This document shows, piece after piece, positions 40,365 through 55,000 of a DNA stretch of 64,000 nt. Both the position numbers and the translations under genes were made by a program. Position 1 is the stretch's first letter. Each line of letters starts with the position of its first letter. Below the pieces are notes generated by a model. That model ran no database searches and had not been told where the DNA came from. It saw nothing but the letters and a program-made list of their open reading frames with translations. The DNA is taken from assembly GCF_006345805.1 (NCBI RefSeq), contig NC_043006.1, forward strand, positions 91,698,001-91,762,000. Reading direction: 5' to 3'. This DNA comes from Octopus sinensis. Lineage: Eukaryota.

Positions 40365-41031
40365 ACGAGTACTTTTTCTTCGGAAAGTTATGGTGATAAA
40401 CATCACGTTTATGCAGTTTAGTAACTGTAGCTGTTTTAGTTTTTTTAATTTAGTTTCACCATCATGGCAGAGATTCCAGATTTAGTATATAGATTAGTCT
40501 CAATGAAATTTTACACACGGACATTCTCTCACACAAATGTAGCATATATATATATATATGTTTGATTTTACTTCATCTCTGCTTTATATACTCGTGTGCA
40601 CGCACACACACACACACATACATACACACAGAGGCACACACATATACATGCAGACACACGTATGTATATTCATACATATATACACAGTGAGTGTTCGGGC
40701 TAAATTTAGCTCAGAGAGTTCGGGCTTCAACATCCACTTGTCATAAAGCGCTGGGAGTGACTTGGCAAGTTATTGAATCAAAAAACACCCAGATGAAAAA
40801 TGATACTCAATTCTGAGTGTCGGAGACCATGGACAGTTGCTGTCTACATGATGCGCATCGTTCTCATCAAGTGAACCATATTGCACAACCGTTTGACTGA
40901 AGGATAGTTAAAAAGAAAGGCGCGTAAGTAAACATATACAGTTGTGTCTGGGGAGAGTCATTTTCCTTTTGTGCCTTATTATGTAACACACTCACCGGTA
41001 AAATTTCCATTCTTTTTCTTATTTTTATTTT

Positions 41032-41068
41032 CTAAAATTCTCGTTGCGTCTTGCAACCTTTTCAATAG
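41032..41068 (-). ncRNA. Minimal type I hammerhead-like motif, U3-A8 core variant
   Basis: CUA-UUGAAAA-G-GUUGC(aagac)GCAAC-GAG-AAUU-U-UAG. It has GAG in place of GAA, and AATAAA follows. Confidence 0.5.
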
Positions 41069-41504
41069 TCTTGACTCTGTCCGTTATTTACACTGCGTTC
41101 CCTTTTGTTTGTGCGCATGTGTGTGGGTCAGTGTGTGTGTGTGTGCCTATACATGCATGCATGTACGTATGTATGTATATGTGTGTTTGCATGTGTATGT
41201 TTGTATATATGTGTGTGTATGCATATGTATATATATATGTATGTGTGTGCATCTGTATGTACGTATCCTGCATATTTATGCGCTTGCATGCCCGTGTTTG
41301 TGTATTTTCTATGCATGTGTGTGTGAGCATGTGTTTGTATATGTATGCACCTCTGTCTCCTTGTGTGTGTGTGTTATGTAACTATGTACCATGTTTGTAT
41401 GTATGGATGTGCATCTTTATATGTGTGGATCCGTGTCTCCATATGTGTCTGTTCTTATACGTCTGTGTGTTGATCTGTTTATTTTCATATCTAAATGTAT
41501 ACAA

Positions 41505-41803
41505 TCCTCTTAAATACGAAATAACCCGACCGTGGAAGATGAAAAGATGAAGGTAGTGTCAATTATTGTTGGAGTCATGAGGAAATATCAAAAGTTATTG
41601 AGAAGAATATAAAGAAAATGTGTTCAGTAGATCTGTTGCAAAAAGTTTGCTTTATTAGCAAGGCCAGGATTCTGAGAAAAGTACGAAGTAGTTGAAGAGA
41701 ACAGGTAGCTCTATCGTACTATAGGTTACAGAGAGCAACCCTTGCTTACGCAGTTCCAACGAAATCCGAGTTAAACTACTACTACTACTACTACTACTAC
41801 TAC
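41505..41803 (+). mobile_element. 3' tip of an R4/Dong-type LINE with a (TAC)n tail
   Basis: YEITRPWKMK..VVSIIVG..LLQKVC..ARILRKV resembles the C-terminus of the other two Dong copies. Confidence 0.6.
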
Positions 41804-42202
41804 TGGTTTCAATTTTTGGCACGGAAAGTAATCTTGAGGCTAGAGGAAAAATGGATTATACATTTTCTTGCTATATTTGTACCAGTATTAAATTGAAACT
41901 ACTCTATACTATGTACTATGTAACCACACACAAAAAATGCAGTAATATTTTTTTGATGAAGGCAAAATTGCCAGTAGCCTGTAATGTTATTATAAGATTT
42001 CAACATTAAATTCAATTGATAAAAATATCTGAATATCATCCGGCTCCAATTATAGCTGGATACTCGACTGGAGCTGACAGAACTAAGGTTTACGAGGGGA
42101 AAATGTAGCACGTTACTGAATTACATGGAACAAAATTCTAGAATGTCCTTTTACTCCGGGAGCATATTTGCTGCTAGATGAGAATAAATGTCATCTTTAT
42201 AA

Positions 42203-42279
<77 letters not shown>

Positions 42280-42319
42280 ATAATAATAATATTAATAATA
42301 ATAATAATGATGATAATAA

Positions 42320-43345
42320 TATTCTCAGTATTTAAGGAAGCTGACAAATACAAACAAGAAATCATACCACCTAACATATATGTAGAAGAAGAAGAAGAAG
42401 AAGAGGAAGAAGAAGAAACAACAAAAGGTATAAAACAAATGAAATCCAAACTGAAACTAGAACAGCAACGGACCATGATAAAACGATGGCAAAAAAAGCC
42501 CCTTCATGGCAAATACTGGACTAAACTAAATGCAAAAGAAATAGACAAGTTAAATCCCAGCAATGGTTGAGAAGCTCAGGACTCAAAGCAGAAACAGAGG
42601 GATTTTTAATTGCAGCACAAGACCAAAGTCTCCCCACCGGAAATTACCAAATACATATAATGAAAAGAAATATAACAAGTAACTGCAGAATATGTGGAGA
42701 TGGACAAGAAACAATAAATCATATTATCTCTGGCTGCCCAGTCCTGGTTAAGAAGGAATATATTCACAGATACGACAGAGTCGGGACCTACATACACTGG
42801 AAGCTATGCCAACATTATGAAATAACAACAGAAAAAAGATGGTATAGGCACACAGCAGAAAAGGTCACAGAAAGCGAGAAAGCAACCATACTCTGGGATA
42901 TGCCGATACACACAGATAGAGAAATTAAGGCCAACAGGCCATATATAGTTGTCAGAGATCATGAAGAAAAAAATGTTTTCTAATTGATGTATCAATACCA
43001 GCAGATGACAACGTTTCTCAAAAAGAAATGGAGAAACTTTCAAAATTCAAAGACATGGAAATAGAGGTAACTCGAATGTGGAATCTAAAAACAGAAACAA
43101 TTCCTATCATAGTAGGCGCGTTAGGTATGATAAAAAATATTCAGACAAATACATAACAAAAACACCAGGACTTACAAACACATGTAACATACAGAGAATT
43201 GCACTACTGGGCATTGCATACATCCTACGCAAAGCACTTTCAATACAGTAACCACCAGAGCACCACAACAAATCACAACACATACCCAAGGCACACAGAG
43301 CTGCGCTCGGTAGTGAAGTGAAAGCACGCTATAAAAATAAAACTA

Positions 43346-43350
<5 letters not shown>
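42320..43350 (+). mobile_element. 5'-truncated R4/Dong LINE (zinc knuckle and REL endonuclease) inserted in a TAA array
   Basis: Motifs KPLHGKY, ETEGFLIAAQDQSL, CRICG..ETINHIISGC, ILWDMPIHTD..NRPYIVV, LIDVSIP and IPIIVGALG. TAA repeats on both sides. Confidence 0.9.
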
Positions 43351-43378
<28 letters not shown>

Positions 43379-43426
43379 CTCTATGCAATAATAACACTCA
43401 AATTCGTGAAGCGTTTCATAATTCTT

Positions 43427-43770
43427 AGGCGCAGGCTTGGCTGTGTGGTTGGCAATCTAACCACATGGTTTCGAGTTCAGTCCCACTGCGTGGCACCTCG
43501 GGAAAGTGTCTTCTGCTGTTGCCCCGCTGCTGATCAAAACTTTGTGAGTGGATATGATAGACGGAAACTGAAAGAAGCCCTTCGTATATATCAACAATGT
43601 GTGTGTGTCTTTGTGTTAGTATTTGTCCCCAACTCTGCTTGACTACCGGTGTTCGCTTCTTTATGTTCCCACAACTTAGCGGTAATATAAGTACTTTGTT
43701 CAACTAAACTCTTCAAGGTGGTGCCCCAGCATGGCCGCAGTCTTTGAATGAAACAAGCAAAACATAGAAG
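43427..43770 (+). mobile_element. SINE family A copy with intact head
   Basis: GGCGCAGGCTTGGCTGTGTGG..GAGTTCAGTCCC..CAGCATGGCCGCAGTC. Confidence 0.8.
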
Positions 43771-45728
43771 GCAAAAGTCTGTAAGGAAATCTTTAATCCT
43801 AATTTGGGAGTATTTGATCTCTATTGCGCGTTAGATGTAATCCATCACATGATTTCACACCTCCATCTGACCCTTGGTCAACTTTAGCGGATGTGCTTCT
43901 GTTGCAAGCACTGAGACCAAGCTGAGAACAAATTGCAATCTTCATCCCACGAGGATGGAGGACATAAAATGAGGAATCCTCGACGAAGGAAGAATAGTGC
44001 CTGTGTCAAGAAATCTTACACAATGTGCAACTTGTGTTAATATTTTTTCAGTTGCGATTAAGGTATGTCAGATTATTCATATATGGATCCTCTATGGAGT
44101 TACAACAATAAAATCATTATAATGAAAAAAAGTGACTCAGTGTACACAGAAATTGCATCCAGTTTCTCAAAGACAGGTGATGTCAAACTCTAAAGTCTTT
44201 TATTTGCTTCCTGTCAGCTTTATGTTGGAGATGGACTCTGTCCGGAAAGTTAGATACTCCACTTTCCACGGCAGTTTCACTTTACTCCTTCTTTGGCATT
44301 TTCCCAAACTATACAAGCCTTGCTGACGCAGACAAGCACCGATCTCCTTGGATTAGGTTTTATCTGCTGTAATATAAAGCAGATAGACATATTATCAATT
44401 TACGTCAATTTATACAAGGGTGAGCCACAGGGAGTTGTTGGAAAACATGTATCATTGCAATAATGAATTCATTATGAAATAATTACATTTAAGTGTCTGA
44501 GACTGTGATATATTTAATTAATTACAATCTGCTATACCGCCAGTATATAAACTCATTACACAATTACACATCTAAATACTCATTCAGGACGAACAAGTTA
44601 TATTACCTGTTGAGTAATTTAGATAAAGTCATGCATTCATAGCAATATGTTATTTTACCGTTTTGCTTTTTATTGTGAGTTCATATAGCGGTGAGCTGGA
44701 ACAAAGCAGCGAGCTGGCGGAACCTTTATCACAATGGACAAAGTGCTTAGCGGCATATCGTCTGTCTTACATCTGAGTTCAAATTCCACAGAAGTTGCCT
44801 TTCATCCTTTCAGAGTCGAAGAAATTAGCACCAGATGAGCACAACAGCTTGCTGGGAATCGAACTCATGACCTTACGATCGTGAGGCAACTACCCTAACT
44901 ACTAAGCAACACACCTTCAGAATGGGCCTCTGAAACTTGTAGGAAGAAGGGAGAAACGGGTGGCCTGGCATGGATGCTCGCAGTAGATTGAATTCCATCG
45001 CTACAGATATCAAGGCCCAGAAATTGGTGTGAAACAGGACGGCACATTAAGTTTCCCACTTAATAAAAGATCCCAAACATAACAGCAATGAAATATTCTT
45101 TTTGGTTTTTTCCTACTCAAAGCACAAGGCCTAAAATTTTGGGGGAGGGGGGCCAGTGGATTAGATCGACCCCAGTACGCAACTGGTACTTAATTTATCG
45201 ACCCCGAAAGGATAAAAGGCAAAGTCGACCTCGGCTGAATTATCAGCGAAGAAATATTGATCTATACGGCAAAATACCAGAATGGTTAACGAGCAGAACA
45301 AGAGATTATGTGATGTTTGTCCCAGGCACCTAAGGTCTAATTGTACCAAAATGATTTTGCTTTATCATCGTGGTCGATAAAATAAAGTACTAAATCGGGG
45401 TGGTGGAATGGTAGAATTGTTTGAGAGTCGAAATAACTTCCTCAAGTACTTCACCCGAACGACTAACCAATCTGCAATGCCACAACTCTCAGATAATTAT
45501 GTATTTTACTGACCTTCAAAAAGACGAAATGCAAAATTTGCTACACATTCGTTATCAAATCAAGGAATATATTTATATTGCGTTACTATGCCAAGCCTTT
45601 ATAAAATTTTATACAGTGAAGTTCGTTGTTCTTGAGATCGGATGGAGAACCCGTATACCTTTGTCAGGGAAGATGCTGGACCTTATGTTGCAATATTTCG
45701 TAACAAAAGTGTTAGCCGTTTACCTGAA

Positions 45729-45731
<3 letters not shown>

Positions 45732-45808
<77 letters not shown>

Positions 45809-45820
45809 TAAAGAGAGAGA
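45732..45820. repeat. (AG)n microsatellite
   Basis: Direct reading of the sequence. Confidence 0.95.
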
Positions 45821-46381
45821 GTAGCTGAAATTTTGTTTACATTCAATTAGAAATGTAGTTAAGTTAGCTCTCAGTTATTTATGTATTCATGAAAGAGAGA
45901 GAAAGTTTATTTCCGCAACTGATACGATCAAGATCGTAACTAATATCTACGTTGTAAGTCATAAGGAACCAGACAAGAGCTCGGAAGTTAATACCTCAAT
46001 AAATTGTGTTATTAATTCGATAGAGTTTCAGCTATTAAGGTTAGGGTAATTATTTTTATTTATTTATACATAACTGACTCACTTGGAATCTAAATCTCAC
46101 TAGAAAGCAAACTTAATTGCTTTCTCGATAATAATGAATATATTTATTTTGGGCAAACAATAATTAACCATCGAATATTTGCCGATAAGTTTAATTTGCA
46201 GTGATTAAATTATAAGGTCTATCACATTGTGTAATCATAATATTGAATATAACTGTGATATTATGCGAAATAAGACTCCCTTGCTTTTACACGAAACACA
46301 GCATTGTCTGCTAAGATGGAGACATTAACTGTCTACGTTCAAGTGGCGTCTGTTTGTGGTGGTATATTTCCAATATAATGA

Positions 46382-46852
46382 AGGCGGAGAGCTGGCAGAA
46401 TCGTTAGCACGCCGGGCGAAATGCGTTGCCGTATTTCATCTGCCGTTACGTTCTGCGTTCAAATTCCGCCGAGGCTGACTTTGCCTTTCATCCTTTCAGG
46501 GTCGATTAAATAAGTACCAGTTACGCACTGGGGTCGATGTAATCGACTTAATCCGTTTGTCTCTCCTTGTTTGTCTCTTCTGTGTTTAGCCCCTTCTGGG
46601 TAGTAAAGAAATAGGTATATTTCCAATGTAATGAAGGTGGTAAGCTGGCAGAGTTGTTATAGCTGCTATTGCGCCGGGCAAATTGCTTAACAACAGTTCG
46701 CCCCTCTTTACATTCTGAGTTCAAATTCCGTCGAGGTCAACTTTCATCCTTTCATCCTTTCGCGGTGGATAAAATAGGTAACAGTTGAGTATTTGACTCC
46801 ATGTTATCGACTTACCTCCTGCCCCGAACTTGCCTTGTACCAAAATTTGAAA
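46382..46852 (+). mobile_element. Young SINE B (46382-46613) directly upstream of an older SINE B (46634-46852)
   Basis: GGTATATTTCCAAT(A/G)TAATG is duplicated on both sides of the young copy. Confidence 0.88.
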
Positions 46853-47574
46853 TCGATATTTCTAAATGTAATCAATAAACTCTTCGACTGTGTTGAGTTG
46901 GGTTCAATCTTCTTGAAATCAATATTTTACTGATGGCGATTTTTTTCAGAAACAGCTACGTTGGATGTGAAGTGGAAAAATGCCTATGAAGAGTTACTTC
47001 AAAGACATCTTGTAGCAGTTGTTGTGTAACTCCAGGTCATTCAGGATCAAGACGAACTGCATATAACGAAATGCATTCCAGCGATGGCGACCGATTTTTA
47101 AAAGTGTTTCTCCAATTTCTAACCTTTGGAACCACTACGCCGAGACCCCCTCATTAACACGAAGAAAAGACGGGTAACATGCGCAATTAATGTTAATTAA
47201 TGTCATAAAACAACAATAATGTCTGGATTTTAATGCATCCATCTTCGGTCAACAGTTACACCGATTGAACCACTTCATATCCAGAGTTAAAATAAGACAA
47301 GATGAATTTATTGGTCGATTTTTAGATTTGCCTAAAAACATTCTTATCCTAAAATCCGTATCTAGTTCTATAACCAATTTTATTGCATAATACACACATT
47401 TATATATACATATTTATATATATTTATATATGCACACGTACAACTATCAATTTATGTATGTATATACATACGTATACACACATGCGTGTTTAAATTCTTT
47501 CTTCGTTGACCTATCGAGTTGGTTTCATTTTGTTTCTATAAATAGAAAAATAATTATCTATCTATTTATCTATA

Positions 47575-47782
47575 TTTGTGTGTCTGTATTTGTCATCCCA
47601 CCATCGCTTGGCAACAAATATTGCTGTGCTTTCGGCCCTGTTATATAGCGGTTCGGCAAAAAGGACCGACAGAATAAGTACTAGGCTTACAAAAATTAGT
47701 GCTGGGGTCGATTTGCTCGAGTAAAGGTGATGCTCCAGCATGGCTACAGTCAAATGTCTGAAACAAATAAAGGAATAAAAGA
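47575..47782 (+). mobile_element. SINE family A 3' part
   Basis: GAATAAGTACTAGGCTTACA..GCTCCAGCATGG. Confidence 0.8.
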
Positions 47783-47788
47783 ATATAC

Positions 47789-47869
<81 letters not shown>

Positions 47870-50371
47870 TTCTTCTCCGATGATGCGTAGTGAATTTTCG
47901 CCTTGCTGAATCGACAGTGTCCGTGGTTTAAGAATGTTAATATATTCATTTATATAATACTCTGAATCCAATATGGGGATTTTCATAACTATGGACTAAT
48001 AAGATTGTCAAATTAGAATTCTCTTCGCATATATATAAATACAAATGTGCACACGTACACGCATGGACATATTATGTGGAGTAAAATCATCGTGAAGAGA
48101 ACGATATAACCGCGAAGTGTGGCTTTTAAAAACATAAACATGGCGCAGGCTTTTGACGAATTGATACAAATATGTTGGGTTTTATTGAAGCCATGAATGA
48201 ACCCTTTCAACAAATCTTTTAGAGTGTATTGTCAATAAAGCATTATTGGCATTACTCCCGACACTCCGAAAGCATTTTAGAAATAGTCTTGAGCAAACAC
48301 TTGATGCCGGTAGTCTATTGTTTTGTTGTTTATGTGTTAGTTTACTGTTTTCATAACATACATTCGTTTCACATAGTTTAACAGGGAGTTACCAGTAACA
48401 TGCAATATAGGTTAAGTAGGTTTATTCCCAGTAATGAAATAGTAATGCTTAATAGCAGTTAAAAATAGAAATATTAATATTTATTGCCAAACTAACGTGG
48501 CAGTCTAGAGGAATAGTGTGGATTAGCGCCGAGAGGCGATCGCCTCTAGCTAGCTATATAGAAATAATTTTCTTGTTATTCTTTCTTAAAATCTTTGCCT
48601 TGCATTCAAAACTGGTATCAGCACAGCATATAATTTTATTATACAATTAGACATATCTCAAGATATTAGCTAAGCAGCGTAGCTTGAAAGTAATTATTTT
48701 GTTTTATCTTCTGCGGTATGTTATACTAACACTACATCGCAACACATTACCAAATAAATGCAATAACTTGCCAATGAAATAAAATTCAGGTTAATTCGTA
48801 AGTGTAGATTACAAAAATACTTAAAATTGTGTATTTTTACAAAATATTTTGTTTTGATTGATAAAGGTTTTAGAGTTAAAATCATTGAAGTTCAATTAAT
48901 AATGCTATACAAATGACATGATAAAGCAGCACTCGTTATTTCTCTTTAATATTTATATCAACTCACTGACAATATTGATCTGAATACAAACAAGCGTCTT
49001 GTAATTTCAATATGTGTTAATTTTAAAAGAATTTTTGTGCATTTCTATTAACTGAACTGTACTTGTAAACTTAATTTATTTGAATTATGAGTAATGACGA
49101 ACTGATAGCAAACCATGTGATTCTATCTCTCTGAAAGTGATTCAAAGAACGGAAGTTCATGCAAAGAGATATGTTGATAAATCATTATTAGCTGTTGTTT
49201 CTTTAACTCGAATTTCTAGATTGTGTATTATTTCGTATATTTTATTTTTGAATACAAACAAAACTATGAACTCCTATTAGATCTGATGTATTTGATGCTA
49301 ATTTTATATAATACTATGGATAATTAGTGTATTATAATCGAAATCAATATTTTACATAATCAATATGAAGCTCCAGAGAACGATGTGGAGGTAGACTCAA
49401 TCAACCAGTTTCTTTTCTCTTACACACTAGATATATACTCTTGTAGACTGAAAGAAAAGCATTCACCTGTAATTTCTATTCCCTATTATAAATGAACTAA
49501 TGAAATAATATGAAGCGTTTGGATATATATCACTAAGAATTACAACAAAATAATAAAACCTACCATTACCTCAATGTTTGTTACGTATTAACTAACTCGA
49601 AATTTCGTTGTTGAATAAACTGCTTAAGCATATATTTAATATGCATCTATATTTGAATTGGTTTGTGAGAGAATATTTGAAACTAAGTATTATATATAGA
49701 CCGAATAATATTAGCTAAATGTTCATAGATAGTAAAGAAAACGCAGTGAATTAATTAACATTTAGATTAATAGAATTTAGATTAATAGAATTTGCCAACC
49801 TATTTTGCTTAAGATAGACAGTAATATTGCGAATTGAATTGCATATTTATTATCTCTTAAGAAGTACCAGAGCACTTTATAAAAGTAGTCGAACATTTAA
49901 TTCTAACATCAATATTTATGGCTTGAGAAAATTCTATTTGAAATATCCACAGTTTATGTATACGATGGAAATCTATATTGACTTAATTTATTCTAATGTA
50001 TTGCAAGTGAATAGAGACTTCTGTGCTATACTTATTTAATGTGGTTGATATGTGTGTTTCTATCTCTCTGTATTAAGAAGATTATATAAAGTCGCAGGCA
50101 TCACTAGAATTAGCTGCTACAATATACTATTCTTTAGTGCCTTAGTACCTGTTTAGTCATGAAGAGACATAGACACACTCTCGGCTCCCCAAAGATTGAC
50201 GCAGCTGATCAGCGAAGATGTAAAAATTAGAGATAGAAAATGCTGAAACAGTCAGTAGGCCTGTACTAATTTCCACAAGAGTAAATTGGAATAACGTGAA
50301 AAGAAGCGAATTGCTTAAGGCGCAAAAATCAAGCAGGTGTATTAGTTTGACGCTCGGGAAAATGAAAACGT

Positions 50372-50407
50372 CTTTTACGTTTCGAGCCTACGCTCTTCAA
50401 CAGAAAG
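50372..50407 (-). ncRNA. Minimal type I hammerhead-like motif (C3-G8, A6U variant)
   Basis: CUUU-CUGUUGA-A-GAGC(guag)GCUC-GAA-ACGU-A-AAAG: Penelope-type layout with palindromic ACGU and a GUA triplet. Confidence 0.6.
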
Positions 50408-50500
50408 GAATAGGAGAAAATAAACATAGAGAGAATGAAAAAAAACTGTAGCTTTAGCGATCAAGCATGGTGAATACACACACATACACACATATACACG

Positions 50501-50603
<103 letters not shown>

Positions 50604-51499
50604 TACCGATAGTATGCAAATAATTTGATGTGTCAAAACTTTGGTTCATGATTTAGTTCTTGATAAAATCAAACGCAGCACTCGTACAACTTAGTAATTT
50701 TTATCAACATCATAAAAAACTCATAAATATAGTTATCTATTTTCAGAACATATGTACACCTCTCCAAAGGCTTACAAATAGAATGTCTGTGTAAAAGCAA
50801 TATAAAGAAAGTTGATATTATAAAATTTATTACACTAACATGTTTAATCCCAAAGGCTTGAAATATATTTTTATTCTTTACTCACGGAAAAACTTTGTAT
50901 TAACCATATGAAACAGGATTAGTATATTTCTCGCTAAATTTTGAATTTATTTTTCTCCATTGTATTGCTTTTATCAAGAGCCTTACATTTCAATCAGATT
51001 GAGTAAATAGAAAAAAAAAACCAACAAAAAAAGACGACACTATATTCTTAGTCTGTAATTCATTATAAAACAGTTGAAAATGTATTGAATTTATGTAATT
51101 TCTTTCTTATGTATCAACATGAAGAATCAAACTGAAATTGAAAAAGTAAAACAACAACAACAACAACAACAAAAATAAGAAAAAGCTGATTTTAAATAAG
51201 AATCATTCATTTATTGGCAAGAAATTAATTCGGTGAAATTCTGATCACTTAGAAAAATCAATATTGTTTCTATATGACATGGTACGAAAGACATTAGTTA
51301 TTATTTCTATCCTCGAGAGAAGACGGTTGGCAGCATTGTTAGAGAGACGGATAAAAACAAATTGCAGCATTTATTCCAAATCTTGATGTTCTGCTTTCAA
51401 ATGCCGACATTCCAACGCTGCTTTTCATCCTTCCCGGCTCAAGAATGTAAAATATCGGTTAAGTACTGGGGCCAGTCTTCTAAAGCTTTGTCTTGAAAA

Positions 51500-51955
51500 T
51501 ATTCTTTTCCACTCTAGGAACAAGGCCCGAAATTTTGGAGGAGGGGGGGAGCTAGTCGATTAGATGGACTCCAATATGCAACTGGTATATAATTCGTCGA
51601 CCCCGAAAGGATGAAAGGCAAAGTCAACCTCGGCGGAATTTGAACTCAGAACGTAACGGCAGACGAAATACGGCTACGTATTTCGCCCGGCGTGCTAACG
51701 ATTCTGCCAGCTCGCCACATTTTATCTTGAAAATATTGCCGTCTCGGAGACTGCGAGCTGACAGAAACGTCAGAACGTCGGGGGGAAATGCGATACAGCA
51801 TTTGATCCTCTTCTGTACTAAGTTCAACTCTGGTCGTGGTCAAAATTGTCTTTCACCCTCCCGTGGTCAATGACATAAACTATCCATCAAATACTGGGGC
51901 CGATGTAATCGATTAACACCCTCACCCCAAATTCCTTTCCTTATGTCTAAATAAG
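51500..51955. mobile_element. Head-to-head SINE B pair (51500-51716 on -, tail type 2; ~51750-51955 on +, old)
   Basis: Family B core on both strands. Further old B copies lie at ~25775, 32070, 32228, 44690, 45108, 51320, 52925, 55800, 58915 and 59155. Confidence 0.8.
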
Positions 51956-54518
51956 AAACCATTATTTCAATCATTATTTTGAAACAAACTATAAGGAAAG
52001 AATATAACTTGATATATGAACGAACGCGTATTTACGTTTCATATTGTAGGCCGCAAGTTTGACATCCACGTGACAGAAATTTTGCGTAGAAGCACATCGT
52101 TTTAAGAAGATTAACGGCTATGTGTAAATAAAAATATATTTTATACCCTGAAACATATCAAAAGATATTGGTAAAGTTACTGATTAAAAAATAATTTATT
52201 TCTAGTAATTGCGAAAACTAGCAGAAACTACAATATAACTACACGAAAACAAATAAATTTATATCCTTCTTTTCAACACAGTTCAAAAGGTTCAATATTT
52301 ATTTTCTTCATTAATAAATATAATTTAAGTTTAAATACACATAGGAACAATAACTATTGAAATTAACTTAATGTTGCATTGTAAATAATTTGCAAATATT
52401 GTTTATACGTATTTTCTTTCATTTACTGCCGTATCTATGATACTTCACGATATTTATTTGCGAGCAAAATGAACATTTTCTTGCCTAAATATTTCATCTA
52501 AATGAATTTATTCAGAAACTTCCAAATAAATAAGTGTTTGTGAGGCAAAATGTCTGCTTGTAGACCACATGGTTCCAGATTCAGTTCAACTGAGTGGCAT
52601 ATTGGGCAAGTGTCTTATACTAAGCCTCGGGCATCTAAAGGTGCGTCGTAACATTTGACAGAAGTGTCATCCTTCGGTGACAGAACGGGATTTGAACCGA
52701 AAATGCACAGAATCGAAACAAATAAGGAATTATACCAGACACTCTTACAACTTCACGTCCAGCACTGGTTCATTTTTTTTAAAAACGAAACTCAGAAGAA
52801 CGACCCCGAAGCACAGAGAATAAATATTGCGAAGCGATTTTTTTTTATCCACCGTTCTATCAATTTTGACAAGTCACTGCATGCTGGTGTTCATTAGATA
52901 TTAATATGATATAAGAATAATTTCTAATTTTTACCCAAGGCCAGTAATTTTGAGAGGAGAGAAGTTGATTACATCAACCCTATTGGTCAACTGGTATTTG
53001 ATTTATTGATGCCGAGAGAATGAAAGGCAAAGTCAACGTTGGCAACATTTGAGAACGTAAAGAGCCGGAAGCATTTTGTCCAACACTTCAACCATTTTGT
53101 CAGTTCACCACCTTTTTATGGTGTAAAGATAAAAAGATTCTTAGGTATAGTCAAATATTTTAGTTCTACGAAAAATTTATGAAAATATTAATAAAGTTTT
53201 AAAACTGGAACATTTTTTTTATTGCAAAAGGAAATGAAATAATTTACTGAAATGCTAAAGGGTTGTGTGTGTGTGTGTGAGTGAAATGCTTTCAAAAGAT
53301 AAGAGAAACATGTTTCACATAGAAGATGACACAAAAGTACAATGGTGAAAAAAGTTCGGCGCAGTGTAATGCGTTCAAAGGTTAAAAATATCTGGAAATT
53401 ACAACAGTATTGAATCTATAGATAAAAGAGACAGAAATACGCAGACAATATATTAAAAGCAACAGGGAATTCTGTGATAGTTCCGTGTGTAGTTGTGTTG
53501 GTAGATGTGTAAACAAACCGGAAAAATTCAGTGTGCGTGACTAGTGTACCTAGTTCTTCAATATATCTGATGTAACTGCTTTATACTGTCAGGCGAAATT
53601 CATGATTATCGGTTTTATTATATTATTTAACGCACAATACATCTGTCGTAAAATACGAATTTCATGGTAAAAGACGCTTGGAGATAAAAATATGAATACA
53701 GAGATTTTATAATAGAATGTCGTAGAATATTATGAAAATATTTAGCTACTGTGTGTTGCTGTTGAAGTGGGAATATATCTAGAATTAGAGTTCGTTTCAC
53801 TAAATGTCGCCCATTACATACTACTGCTTAGGGGTACGTGAAAGGCACATTTTGAAGAATGGATTTAGATGTAAGTTAGGAAAGGCTTCTTATTTTCATG
53901 TAATGGGGTTTGAAGTGTCGATATGTGAGAAGTTTTCAGAACAAGACAACCATTGCGAGATGTAGTCCTTGAAATTCATTTTGAAATGGCTGTGTTGCTA
54001 ACTTCGCTTCGCAACCAGGCGGTTACTGGTTTCATCCTACAGAGGGGGAACCCTAGACAGATATCTTCTTAGCCACAAGTAGACCGGCTCCTCAGTACGC
54101 GACACTTTAGGGAAAGATGTATTCTACAATAACTTTGATTTCAACCAATGTCTTATTAATAAAAGTTTGTAGATGCTGTGTGGATGGCCATCGGACCGAC
54201 AGTTCTTACTCATAGGTTAGAAGCGTAACTCATCACCTGGTTTACTTTTTCTCCAAGACAGTCATTAGCAGACTCCATTCTATTGTACATATTCGATCCA
54301 TGTCCCTGGTTCTAGGTTAACTCACACGGTCCCTCTCTCATACAAGTTTCGGAGGCCCTAACAAGAGTCATGGATCGTGCCCTCTATTTAGCTAAAAATT
54401 AAAACTGACTGATGCTTGTTCGTTTAAGCGAAAGCTTAATGTTTTCCTTTATAAAAGAATAGTTCAAGTAACACACACACGCACGGACGCGCGCACACAC
54501 ACACACATACATACACAT

Positions 54519-55000
54519 TAAGATGGAAGAAAAGCCCTGTGGCATTTTTGATTTGGTAACTTTGAAGGAGTTTTTCCAATCCTTGCGTTAAAGGGACATT
54601 AATTTATTTTAACATTTTAAAGTTCTTTTTCTTCAAAGTTAACTTTATACGTTAGTAAAAAAAATTCGATTAGATTTTGCCATTTTCAAATGAGTTTTCA
54701 TCAGACCCATATCAAATACTGCCTGCTGCATGAATTCAAAAGAGGCTCTTCAGCAATGAAAACAACAAGAAATATTCATTCTGCTTCAGAAAATGAAGTT
54801 GTAACTGTCTAAACATGCCAACGATCGTTTGGCTATTTCCACTTGGGAAATTTTTCTCACGCATATTTCCCTCGATCCGGAACTATAAAATTCTATCAAT
54901 ATTAAGCTGCTGAAAACCGTAACCGAGGACAATCCAATGCAAACTACTCAGGAATTAACAAAACAGTTCAATTCAAGTCATATTTCTACCATAATATGAA
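54519..55000 (+). mobile_element. Mariner-type transposase remnant (N-terminal HTH domains only)
   Basis: From ~54690: MSFHQTHIKYCLLHEFKRGSSAMKTTRNI..TCQRSF..GNFS..PRSG..DNPMQTTQELTKQF, with a stop and a frameshift. Confidence 0.75.

Noticed and set aside
48532-48547. 16-bp palindrome AGAGGCGATCGCCTCT
   Set aside because: Short and isolated, with no supporting context.
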